This document shows positions 20,046 to 31,535 of a DNA stretch of 64,000 nt, one piece after another (the stretch's first letter is position 1; every line of letters starts with the position of its first letter). The position numbers and the translations under genes are program-made. The stretch is from contig CAMEYM010000001.1 of the NCBI GenBank assembly GCA_945947575.1, positions 94,582 to 158,581 of the forward strand, in the 5' to 3' direction. Source of the stretch: Rhizobium sp. Q54 (GTDB taxonomy: Bacteria; Pseudomonadota; Alphaproteobacteria; UBA2966; CAIVPW01). The notes under the pieces are model-generated. The model saw only the letters and a list, made by a program, of their open reading frames with translations, searched no databases and was not told the DNA's origin.

Positions 20046-21164
20046 ATGTACGTCCATGTTCCCGCGATGCGTGGCCAGCTCGGCAGCCGTACCTACTACT
20101 CGTGCCTGATGCCGCTGAGCGCAGTTCCGCAAATGTTCAAGTTCACTGACTGGTCAGAGGTGACTCCGGAGGCCCGCGAGCAGCGGGTGCTCAATACGAA
20201 GAGAATTCCCGAGCTCGCCAACTACATTTTGGAGAACGAGGACGACTACCTGTTCGCCTCGATTACCGCCTCGTACAAGGGCGAGCCCATCTACAGCGAG
20301 CTTCAGAACGGCGGGGACGGATCGCTGGGAATGTTGAAACTGCGGCTCGGCGACGAGTTCATCATCAATGACGGACAGCATCGGTGCGCAGGGATCGCCG
20401 AGGCGATCAAGAAGAACCCGTTGATCGGAGATCATACGATCTCAGTCCTTCTGTTTCCCTACGAGAACACCGATCGGGTGCAGCAGATGTTCTCGGATCT
20501 CAACCGCTACGTTGAGAAGACCTCCAAGTCGCTGGATATTCTCTTCGACAAGCGCGACCCGTTTTCCATCGCCACGATGTTTGCCCTCGACAGAGTTGAG
20601 GTTTTCAAACAGTTGACCGAGAAGGTGAACATGGCACTCAAGTCCAAGGACACGAAGCTGTTCACCTTGGCGGCGCTCTACGACGCGAACCGCGAGCTCC
20701 TAAAGGGGTACGAAAACGCGGATATCGAAGAGAACGCGAATCGCTTGGTGGAGTTTTGGTCGAGCGTCGCTGAGCACATGCCTGACTGGAAGGACGTTCT
20801 GACGCGCTTCAAGACGTCGGTCGAGTTGCGCGCAGAGAAGATTTCTGCCCACTCCACGGTCTTACGAGCACTCGGCGGCCTTGGTTCAGAGCTGATGAAG
20901 GATCCTGACTGGAAGCAGCGCTTGGCAGGTCTCGAGAAGATCGATTGGTCGAAGAAGAACTCCGACTGGGAGAACGTCTGCATCATTGCCAACTCAGTCG
21001 TATCTAACCGACAGGCGCGTGCGGCGACCAAGACCTACATCAAGGCGAAGCTCGGAATGCCCCTTACCAAGGCAGAGGCGTCGGTGAACGAAGTGAGCAC
21101 GATCGTGGCGTCGCTGAAGCAAGCAGGGGTGACGTTCCCGGTCGATCAGGCGTCGTCCAACTAG
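20046..21164 (+). CDS. DGQHR domain protein (DndB-like, predicted ParB/Srx-fold DNA-binding protein), orphan
   Basis: 372 aa from the ATG at 20046, with SD aggag. Contains the signature FIINDGQHRCAGIAEAIKKNP. GC is about 55%, against about 68% for the surrounding genes. Confidence 0.8.
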   Translation: MYVHVPAMRGQLGSRTYYSCLMPLSAVPQMFKFTDWSEVTPEAREQRVLNTKRIPELANYILENEDDYLFASITASYKGEPIYSELQNGGDGSLGMLKLRLGDEFIINDGQHRCAGIAEAIKKNPLIGDHTISVLLFPYENTDRVQQMFSDLNRYVEKTSKSLDILFDKRDPFSIATMFALDRVEVFKQLTEKVNMALKSKDTKLFTLAALYDANRELLKGYENADIEENANRLVEFWSSVAEHMPDWKDVLTRFKTSVELRAEKISAHSTVLRALGGLGSELMKDPDWKQRLAGLEKIDWSKKNSDWENVCIIANSVVSNRQARAATKTYIKAKLGMPLTKAEASVNEVSTIVASLKQAGVTFPVDQASSN

Positions 21165-21232
21165 CAGGAGGGAAGAGGGCCGCGGGACTCCCGCGGCCCT
21201 CAACTCGCGCCGCAGCGACAACGGGGGATTTG

Positions 21233-21526
21233 ATGAAGGGTGACCACGAAACGAGATCGGCGAAACACGGCGAGAAGATGATCGAGGTACGTCTGCGGTT
21301 TTGGACTGACGGTCTAGCCGCGAAGGACTCTGTGATCCCGAAGCACGCTTGGACGGGTGGTGTGGTGCGGATCGAGGCGAATCAGACACACGGGATCAAA
21401 CCGGCCAAGCCCGTACCCTTCAATTCGCTCATGGATGTTGGCGCTGTAGTCGAAAAGGTCCTCGTCGCGCACGGTGTGATCCTTCATCCCAGCCGTCGCA
21501 TGCAGAAGTACATTGCGAGCGAGTAA
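21233..21526 (+). CDS. Hypothetical protein (97 aa), co-oriented partner of the DGQHR gene
   Basis: ATG preceded by ggggga. Similar low GC. Separated from the DGQHR stop by the hairpin gggccgcggg-actc-cccgcggccc. No recognisable motifs. Confidence 0.45.
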   Translation: MKGDHETRSAKHGEKMIEVRLRFWTDGLAAKDSVIPKHAWTGGVVRIEANQTHGIKPAKPVPFNSLMDVGAVVEKVLVAHGVILHPSRRMQKYIASE

Positions 21527-21745
21527 TCAGTCTGCACGTTGCGCGCTCAATTGACCCCGGCCCCCGAAAGCGGAACTACGCGGAGGCTACTGGGGACGAT
21601 TGAAGCTGCCGAGTGAGACCAAGCACTCGTGATTGTCTCAACGCTTGATCGGCGCCGTGAGACGCACGACTTCCCGCCTATGCTGCGCACCCCGCCCTTC
21701 GACGCCCGCGTCCTTCCCGCCACCGCGCCGCAGTCTGGCTCCGGT

Positions 21746-21833
21746 GAATCGCCCATATTTACGGTGGGTACGGTGGCCAGCGAGGTGCAGCGGCCGCGGC
21801 TCGCCCCCCATAAATCGCCCATATCTATGGTGA
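21746..21833. repeat. Two direct copies of aatcgcccatatYtaYggtg, 66 bp apart, followed by the palindrome ggtgcc-N-ggcacc, at the lepA-proximal edge of the low-GC islet
   Basis: Read directly: tgaatcgcccatatttacggtgg (21746-21767) and aaatcgcccatatctatggtga (21812-21833). Confidence 0.5.
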
Positions 21834-21924
21834 TGCGCCGGGTGCCGCTGGGCCCGGGCACCGGCCGCCCTCGGCCCTCGGCCTAACTTGTTACCCCCAC
21901 CCCTAGCTGCTACAAGCCCGGCCC

Positions 21925-23727
<1,803 letters not shown>

Positions 23728-23735
23728 GCCGCCCC

Positions 23736-24377
23736 ATGCGCGCGCTCCTGCTCGCGCTGCTGCTCCTGTTCGCCGGTGCCCCGGCGCTCGCCCAGGGCAA
23801 TTGGGACGGGGACATGGCGAAGTTCGACGCCCTCGACGCCCGCACCCCACCGCCGCAGAACGGCATCCTGTTCTTGGGCAGCTCCAGCATCGTCCTGTGG
23901 GACGTGGCCAAGTCGTTCCCCGGCTTGCCGGTCATCAATCGCGGCTTCGGCGGCTCGCTGTACGAGGATCTCGTCACCTACTTCGATCGCATCGTGCCTC
24001 CCTACCGGCCGCGCATCGTCGTGCTGTACTCGGGCGACAACGACACCAGCATGAACCGCCGCCCGGCCGAGATCGCCGGCGCCATCCGCACCTTCGAGCA
24101 GCGCCTGCATGCGTTGCTGCCCGACACCAAGCTCATCGTGATGTCGATCAAGCCGAGCCCGGCGCGCTGGAATGTCGTGGGCCCCGTGCGCCAGACCAAC
24201 GAGCTGATCCGCGCCTGGGCCGCCGAGCGGACCAACACCGCGTTCGTCGACGTCTTCCCCGCCATGCTCGGCGCCGACGGCATGCCGCGGCCCGAACTCT
24301 ACATCGCCGACGGCCTGCACCTGACGCCCGTCGCCTACGTGCTCTGGACCGAACTGCTGCGGCCGCACCTGCAATGA
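23736..24377 (+). CDS. SGNH/GDSL hydrolase family protein with signal peptide
   Basis: 213 aa. [19 protein letters not shown] signal and FLGSSSI (GDS-like block I). Confidence 0.75.
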   Translation: MRALLLALLLLFAGAPALAQGNWDGDMAKFDALDARTPPPQNGILFLGSSSIVLWDVAKSFPGLPVINRGFGGSLYEDLVTYFDRIVPPYRPRIVVLYSGDNDTSMNRRPAEIAGAIRTFEQRLHALLPDTKLIVMSIKPSPARWNVVGPVRQTNELIRAWAAERTNTAFVDVFPAMLGADGMPRPELYIADGLHLTPVAYVLWTELLRPHLQ

Positions 24378-24919
24378 ATGAGGCGGTTGCGGCCCAGTAC
24401 GAGCGCTGGGTTTACCCCAAGCCTGTCCCCGACTTAGACGCGCCCGAGGAGCGTGGCCGGGTCGCCGGCTGCGGCGCGAACGCTGCGGCGCGGTACGCAT
24501 TCCATCACCGGACGGCGCGCGTCGCCGGACTCGACCTCAGCGCGGCCAGCCTCGCTCACGAGCACCACCCCAAGACGTCGCATCGCTCGGCAAGACTTTC
24601 GACTCCGACCGTGCGCAGCGTCGCGCAGTGCACGTCGAAGCGCATCGGCATCATCCACTTCGATCGCCGCGCCGATATCCAGGAGAAGGACCTCGACGAG
24701 CGCATGCACGCGACGCCGTGGTTTCACGCCACCAACGCGCACACCAACGTGCTGACCATGCGCGACGTGGAGGAGATCGACGTGGCGGCGGATACGACCG
24801 AGGAGCGCTCGCTCAGCGAGCTACGCGCTCGTGGGCACGAACACGCTCACCACCATCACCATGATCATGCGCATTCGCATGATCATGGGTTGCTCCGCGC
24901 CACGACGGCGCGGCGATAG
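24374..24919 (+). CDS. Degenerate methyltransferase-like ORF with histidine-rich C-terminal tail (possible pseudogene)
   Basis: The N-terminus AQYERWVYPKPVPDLDAPEE...VAGCGAN resembles a class I SAM-methyltransferase family (QYEAYPYPxRDPxDE ... AGGGTGDG), but with an internal deletion and a diverged glycine loop. The C-terminus is GHEHAHHHHHDHAHSHDHG. Confidence 0.4.
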   Translation: MNEAVAAQYERWVYPKPVPDLDAPEERGRVAGCGANAAARYAFHHRTARVAGLDLSAASLAHEHHPKTSHRSARLSTPTVRSVAQCTSKRIGIIHFDRRADIQEKDLDERMHATPWFHATNAHTNVLTMRDVEEIDVAADTTEERSLSELRARGHEHAHHHHHDHAHSHDHGLLRATTARR

Positions 24920-24925
24920 TGAGGC

Positions 24926-25273
24926 TTAGGCGCGAGGACGCGCGCTGGCGCCGATGACCGGCGCGCGCGTCTGTGGCGGAGTCGCGCTGCGGAACAGGTA
25001 CAGCAGCACGCCGGAACAGACGAGCAACAGGGGCCACGCCGGCATCTCGAGCGCCGTCGTCATGCCCGGGTCCCATGCCCACGGCAGAAGGTCGCGCAGC
25101 CAAGCCTCGAGATTGTCGAGGCTGGCGGGGTGCAAGTCCTGCCAGAATTGGCCGAGCGGCAGGCTTGTGAGTTCGCCCGCGCGCAAGGAAAGAGCTACTT
25201 CCGCAGAGGCGGCGAGTAACGCCACCGCCAGGAACAACCAACCAAGTATCCGACCGACAACCATCGGTCTCAT
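24926..25273 (-). CDS. Hypothetical membrane protein
   Basis: About 115 aa from MRPMVVGRILGWLFLAVALLAASAEVALSL. Start uncertain (alternative TTG at 25339). Confidence 0.3.
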   Translation of the reverse strand: MRPMVVGRILGWLFLAVALLAASAEVALSLRAGELTSLPLGQFWQDLHPASLDNLEAWLRDLLPWAWDPGMTTALEMPAWPLLLVCSGVLLYLFRSATPPQTRAPVIGASARPRA

Positions 25274-25466
25274 CCCCTCTGATCCCCACGAATTGGGCCC
25301 GCCGAGGCAGCACAGTAAAGTTTTCCACAGGTTTGACAACGTGCGCTGCTACCAAAGCGTGCATTCGCGAGTTGTCCACAGCTTCGATCCTTAGCGTTGC
25401 AATCCCTTGGCCCCCCTCTATATTCCGGCCGCCCCGCGGGTTTGCCGTTAAGACTTTCAGGGCTGC

Positions 25467-25556
25467 GGAGGGGTGGCCGAGCGGCTGAAGGCGCACGCTT
25501 GGAAAGCGTGTAACCGGGCAACCGGTTCGCGGGTTCGAATCCCGCCCCCTCCGCCA
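25467..25556 (+). tRNA. tRNA-Ser (anticodon GGA), type II
   Basis: 90-nt cloverleaf: acceptor ggagggg/cccctcc plus CCA, anticodon stem cacgc/gcgtg, loop ttGGAaa, long variable arm, T-arm GGTTCGAATCC. Confidence 0.9.
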
Positions 25557-26126
25557 AGAGTTTGTATAGTATTATCAGACCGTCGGAATGGCCGCATTGG
25601 CGGCACTGTGCCAGTTCAAGTATTACCCGTCGTAGCGTGGTATCTCGCCAATAAAGGCCGCGACGCGCGCTTTCTCTCTACTAGCGATGTAGCGAGTACC
25701 ATTTGTCTCGTTTGACTGCGCCGCCCGGATTGCATCTGGATTCAGTGGAGAGGGTGATCCCGTATTCGGCGTTCCCGGAAACACCATCACGCGTGTCGTC
25801 GCCGGTGGGGCTCCGACCGCTTCGAAGGTGAGGGTCAGTTCCGAGCGACGTTCGCCCGGACCTTTGGAGCGGTGGCAGCGATTTTCAGTCTCCGGGTCAT
25901 ACGGACATGGCCCACTGGTCTGCAGGCTCGCCGCTCGCCTACGCGGTTGAACCCCAACAGCCTGCGCTCCGCAGTCTGAACGGAAGCGTACAGAATTGGT
26001 GCGGTTCCATACCAGGCGCCCGCAGTCTCCGGCAGCCCTCGCAGGCAGCATTGCCCATCCGCGAGATTGCCGCAGTTCGTCGGAATCGGTTGGCCGAAGG
26101 GCCAGTTGGGCGCAGTGACCTTACGC

Positions 26127-27167
<1,041 letters not shown>

Positions 27168-27494
27168 TTACCACCGGGAAGATTTCGCGGCGCGCACCGC
27201 TCTTCGCCGCATCGTACACCCGATACACCTCTCAACTTGTTGGGCGGGAACGACTCGATGCGCGCGGCCTCGACCGCGCATATTGAGCGCCTGCTGAGGC
27301 TGCTCGCGTCGCTCTGATCGCTGAGCCGCGACGGGCGGGCACACGGCCGGCCGGCTACCCCAAAGGTCGATTGTACCACCGGCCAACGGCGGCAAACCAT
27401 GCCGAAGTGCGCGGAAACCCTCGGGTTTTGTTACCGCGTCACGGTCGTTGTGACCCATGGCGAACGGCCTTTGCCGGCTCACGCCGGCGCCCCG

Positions 27495-27764
27495 TCACGC
27501 CGGATGGCGGCGATAGAACTGCACGCGCGTCGAGCGCAGGCCCGAGATGCCGTGCTGGGTGAGGTCGCGTTGCCACGACAGGAATTCCTCGGCGCTGAGC
27601 GAATAGCGCGCGCAGGCCTCTTCCAGGGTCAGCACGCCGACTTTGACGGCGGCGACCACTTGCGCCTTGCGGCGCGCGATCCAGCGCTGCGTGCCCGGGG
27701 CGGGCAGCTCTGCGACGGGCGCGGACAGTTCTTCGGCGGTGGGTTCTCTGTCGAGGTTGTTCAT
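27495..27764 (-). CDS. DUF1153 domain protein (small HTH-like protein common next to flagellar genes in Alphaproteobacteria)
   Basis: 89 aa with the ...WIARRKAQVVAAVKVGVLTLEEACARYSLSAEEFLSWQRD motif. Confidence 0.7.
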   Translation of the reverse strand: MNNLDREPTAEELSAPVAELPAPGTQRWIARRKAQVVAAVKVGVLTLEEACARYSLSAEEFLSWQRDLTQHGISGLRSTRVQFYRRHPA

Positions 27765-27842
27765 GACTACTACACTTTCTCGGGCACTTTCGCTGCGCCG
27801 CGCCCCGCCGCGTTCGGCGGCGGGGGCGGCTAACGGTTACTA

Positions 27843-29534
27843 CTAGCGCTTCGTGCGCAGGAGCTCGTCGAGCATTTCGTCGGCGGTAGTGATGATCTTG
27901 GCGGCGGCGGAGAACGCGCGCTGGGCCATGATCATCTTGGAGAACTCGTTGGCCAGATCGACGGTCGAAGCTTCCAAGGACGACGGTGCGAACAATCCTG
28001 CGCCGTTGGTGCCGGGCACGCGCTTGGTCAGATCGCCGGAGATCGCGGTCTGGATGAACACGTTGCCGGAATGCGCGCCGAGGCCGTTGGCGTTCGGCAC
28101 CAGGCCGATCGGGATCTGGTACTTGTCCTGGGTGATGCCGTTCTCGAAGATCGCCGTCAGCACTCCGTTCTCGTCGATCGAGATGGCGGCCAATTGGCCG
28201 ACCTGGGCGCCGTCGACCGCGGTGCTGACCAGCGTCGATTCGCCGTCGTACTGCGTCATGCCGTCGGCTTCGCCGTCGGTGCCCCAGTCGAAGGTGATGG
28301 TCTGCGCGTCGATGCCGAGGGCGGTGGTGTCGAACGGCACGTCAACGGTGTAGTCCCCGGCGGTGTCAGTCAGGGTAGTACCGGCGCCGTCCGTAAGGAA
28401 CGTGTTGCTGAGGTCCCAGGTGCCGTTGGTGTTGAAGGCGATAACGCCGCGCATCACCTGGCCATCGACCACCGTGGAATCGGCGAGGGAGGACGGCTCG
28501 ACGAAGACTTCGACGTGCCACTGGTTGGCGGTCGCGGACTTGAGGAAGCCATAGGTCAACGTGCGCGGCGTGCCGAGCGAGTCATAGATTTCGACGGAAC
28601 GCGAGAAGTCCGGGACGACGTTGCCCGACGCCATGTTGATCGTCGTGTCGGCGCCGTTATACGTCGATGCAGTCACGTCGACCGTAGCGTCGATATCTGC
28701 CGTCGTGCCGTCACGCAGGGTCGGGCTGGTGATGGCGCGGCCCAAGCGGTCGGACACCGTCAGCACGTCGTTGTCGAACGAGACGGTGATGTTGGTGGCG
28801 CCGCCGTCGGCGGTCTGCAACTGGGTTTGGATGGTGCTCGCCAAGGTGGCGCCATCGGTCGCCGCAGCGACGGAGAACGTCACCACGGTCACCGCGCCGA
28901 TGTTGATGGAGAAGTCTTCGACGAAGCCGGCGCCGCCACCACCCGGGAAGGCGCTCGCCTCGACGACGTCGAACTCTGCCGTCGATGCGGCGGTTTCCGC
29001 CGCGGTTGAGACGTCCTCGGATGCCTGCAGGTTGGCCTGGAAGCCGACGTTCTCGGTGACGCGCAAGGTTGGCGGGAAGTTGGCAACGTTGACGGTCGAC
29101 AGCGTCGTTGCTGTCGCGCCTGCGTCGCTGATCTCGTAGGCGCGCAGATAGTAGCCGCCGGCATTCTTGAGGTAGCCGTCTACGTCCGGCGTGAACGAGC
29201 CCGCGCGCGTCAAGAACTCGCGCGCATCGGAGCCCGGGTCTGGCGTGTCGGTGACGACCATGAAGCCGGCGCCATTGATGGCAAGGTCGGTGGGTGACAC
29301 CGACGAAGTGAGAAGACCTTGCTTGTCGATGAGTTGCTGCGGCGTCGAGCGCACGCCGCCCGGGGCGTATGCCGTCGCCGTGGCGGAGCTGGTGACCAGC
29401 GAAGAGAAGCGCGCCGTCGTTTCCTTGAAGCCGACCGTATTCACGTTGGTGATGTTGTCCGACAGCATGCCCATTGCCTGGGCCTGGGCCGCCAGTCCGG
29501 ACACGCCGGAAAACAGGGCGCCATAGATGCTCAT
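27843..29534 (-). CDS. flgE: Flagellar hook protein FlgE
   Basis: 563 aa. N-terminal flagellar basal-body rod domain (MSIYGALFSGVSGLAAQAQAMGMLSDNITNVNTVGFK) and C-terminus ...NEFSKMIMAQRAFSAAAKIITTADEMLDELLR matching the FlgE terminal heptads. Confidence 0.85.
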   Translation of the reverse strand: MSIYGALFSGVSGLAAQAQAMGMLSDNITNVNTVGFKETTARFSSLVTSSATATAYAPGGVRSTPQQLIDKQGLLTSSVSPTDLAINGAGFMVVTDTPDPGSDAREFLTRAGSFTPDVDGYLKNAGGYYLRAYEISDAGATATTLSTVNVANFPPTLRVTENVGFQANLQASEDVSTAAETAASTAEFDVVEASAFPGGGGAGFVEDFSINIGAVTVVTFSVAAATDGATLASTIQTQLQTADGGATNITVSFDNDVLTVSDRLGRAITSPTLRDGTTADIDATVDVTASTYNGADTTINMASGNVVPDFSRSVEIYDSLGTPRTLTYGFLKSATANQWHVEVFVEPSSLADSTVVDGQVMRGVIAFNTNGTWDLSNTFLTDGAGTTLTDTAGDYTVDVPFDTTALGIDAQTITFDWGTDGEADGMTQYDGESTLVSTAVDGAQVGQLAAISIDENGVLTAIFENGITQDKYQIPIGLVPNANGLGAHSGNVFIQTAISGDLTKRVPGTNGAGLFAPSSLEASTVDLANEFSKMIMAQRAFSAAAKIITTADEMLDELLRTKR

Positions 29535-29656
29535 CGCTTGTCTCCTTCGAACCTTGCCCTCGGATCGTGCGGTCGTTATTCGCTCCGGTTCGCGGACACC
29601 CCGCCTGCTCTAGCGGGCCATCCGGCCGTGCCGCACATATCCCCGGGGCATCAGAA

Positions 29657-29671
29657 GCAAACGACGGGCCA
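29657..29671 (-). promoter_or_regulatory. Putative sigma-54 (-24/-12) promoter TGGCCC-N5-TTGC about 120 nt upstream of flgE
   Basis: Reverse complement of gcaaacgacgggcca. Matches the conserved GG-N10-GC spacing. Confidence 0.3.
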
Positions 29672-29796
29672 TTGAAATCGCGGGCCACGGACGGCGGATT
29701 TCCGCGGATTCCTCGGGCGCTAGGCGGGGAAATTCGGCGCGTCCGCCGGGGTAGAGTTGGCCGCGCCGGGAGGTTCTTGCCGACCCCGGCGGTGGG

Positions 29797-30897
29797 TTAG
29801 CGGCCGCGCTTGGAGCGGGCAGGCGCGTGGCGGAGACGCGTCCACGCCAGGGCCACGGCAACCCCCGCCAGCGCCCGCGCTGAGCGCAGCAGTGCATGGC
29901 CGACGACCATGCCGTGGGTTCGACCGCGGCCGGGCGGAAGGGCCAACCCGACGTCGCTCTCCGGTTTGTCGGACAGGATGGCTCCGGCCTTCGGCACGCC
30001 GCGCCCGGTCTGGCGGTCGAGCTCGGCGTTGAGCTCAGCGCCCAGCAGCACGGCGTACGCGGTCAGGTACAGCCACATCAGCAACGCGATGACGGCGCCG
30101 ACCGAGCCGTAAACCTCGTTGTAATGAGCGAAGCTCGCCACGTAGCGCGAGAAGGCGACCGACACCAGCAGGAACGATCCGGTTGCGACGACGCCGCCCG
30201 GCGTGATCCAGCGCCACGCCGGATTGGGCAGGTTGGGGGCAAACTTGAAGAGTGTCGCGGCGCCGGCCAACAGCACCGCGGCGATGAGCGGCCAACGCAG
30301 CCAGGCGAGGATCGACCGCGTGGTATCGCCTTGGCCAATCAGGCTGAACACTGCCGGCAGCGCAACGACCAGGAGCAGCGCGGCGACCAGGAAGACGATG
30401 GCGCCCGCGGTGAGCGCCAAGGCCAGGCCCAAGACCCGCAGAAATCCACGCGTTTCCGCGACTCCATAGACGATGTTGAGAGCGGTGATGATGGCCGTGA
30501 TCGCCTTGCTGGCGCTCCACAGGGCGAACGCCAATCCGAACACGGCGCCGACGCCGAGACTGGCGCCCGAGGCGGAGATGATCTTGACGAGTTGTTCCTC
30601 GATCAGCGCCCACGCTTCGGACGGCACCAGCGCGCTCAAGCGGTTGATCTGGGCGGCGAGGGTGCTCGGGTCGGCGGCCAAGCCATACAGTGACACCGCC
30701 GCCGCCAACGCCGGGAACAGCGCCAGCATTGCGTAGAACGCGATCCCCGCCGCTACCAGGCCGAGGTTGTCGCGTCCGATTTGATGGCGCAGGCGGTGGA
30801 AGACTTCGCGCAGGTCCTGGCCGGTGACGTAGCACTGGAGCAAGCGCCAGCGCCGCGTGTGCGCATGGGCACCGACACCGCTCGCGTGCTCTTGCAT
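29797..30897 (-). CDS. YihY/BrkB (virulence factor BrkB / ribonuclease BN-like) family membrane protein
   Basis: 366 aa, about 6 TM. Conserved NLGLVAAGIAFYAMLALFPAL and YGSVGAVIALLMWLYL regions. Confidence 0.85.
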   Translation of the reverse strand: MQEHASGVGAHAHTRRWRLLQCYVTGQDLREVFHRLRHQIGRDNLGLVAAGIAFYAMLALFPALAAAVSLYGLAADPSTLAAQINRLSALVPSEAWALIEEQLVKIISASGASLGVGAVFGLAFALWSASKAITAIITALNIVYGVAETRGFLRVLGLALALTAGAIVFLVAALLLVVALPAVFSLIGQGDTTRSILAWLRWPLIAAVLLAGAATLFKFAPNLPNPAWRWITPGGVVATGSFLLVSVAFSRYVASFAHYNEVYGSVGAVIALLMWLYLTAYAVLLGAELNAELDRQTGRGVPKAGAILSDKPESDVGLALPPGRGRTHGMVVGHALLRSARALAGVAVALAWTRLRHAPARSKRGR

Positions 30898-31026
30898 TGC
30901 CGTTCACCCTGCCGGCAGGCACGCGCGGGCATCGCACGCGCTGTGGTCACAGGCAACTTGCCACCACGCCCGGCGAGAGCCTAGCGCGGCAACGGGATAG
31001 GCCGTCCGAAGGCCGGCCGCGCGGCG

Positions 31027-31218
31027 CTACTCGGCGGCGGGGGGAGAGACGGGGGCGGAAGTCGCGCGTGATGCCATGCGCGCGGAGCGCTGGTCGGCGA
31101 CCTTGGCCTTACGGCGCGCGCGTGCGGCCGGGCCGAAGATCTCGTGCTGCAGCAGATAGAAGAACAGCCAAACCGCCGCGCCGGACGCAGCCAGCACGAA
31201 CAGAATCAGGTACAGCAC
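31027..31218 (-). CDS. Small single-TM membrane protein (hypothetical)
   Basis: GTG start preceded by ggggggg. Strong GC3 codon bias. LYLILFVLAASGAAVWLFFYLL followed by a basic tail. Confidence 0.35.
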   Translation of the reverse strand: MLYLILFVLAASGAAVWLFFYLLQHEIFGPAARARRKAKVADQRSARMASRATSAPVSPPAAE

Positions 31219-31535
31219 GTCGGTCGCCCCCCCGAATAGGCTTCTTGGTTTGTGTGCGCCGCCACGGCTGGGGCGCAGGAGACTCTATGTGCGGACCCCC
31301 ATCGCCGCAACCTATCGCGGCCATCGCGGCGGCGGGTGCGACATATCCACACCCACTAGCGGTGGTGCTTGTGACTCGTCCCAACCTGTTCTGTTGTCGC
31401 ATATGTTTGTCCGTCACACTTGCCTCGCGGAAGCGTCTGGGTGTTGCTTCCGCAAGGGTGCAGATGGACTGGCTGACAGGCCCTCGAACCACCCTGTCCA
31501 ATACGCGCGTCCTGACAAAGCCGGGAGGCAACCGA

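Noticed and set aside
25557-26126. Tried to identify tmRNA, RNase P RNA, SRP RNA or an integrase fragment in the ORF-free stretch after tRNA-Ser
   Set aside because: I could not see the conserved motifs (GGAAAGTCCGG, a tag-peptide ORF plus tRNA-like end, or the SRP domain IV motif), or any integrase-like frame. It is left as an unexplained non-coding region.
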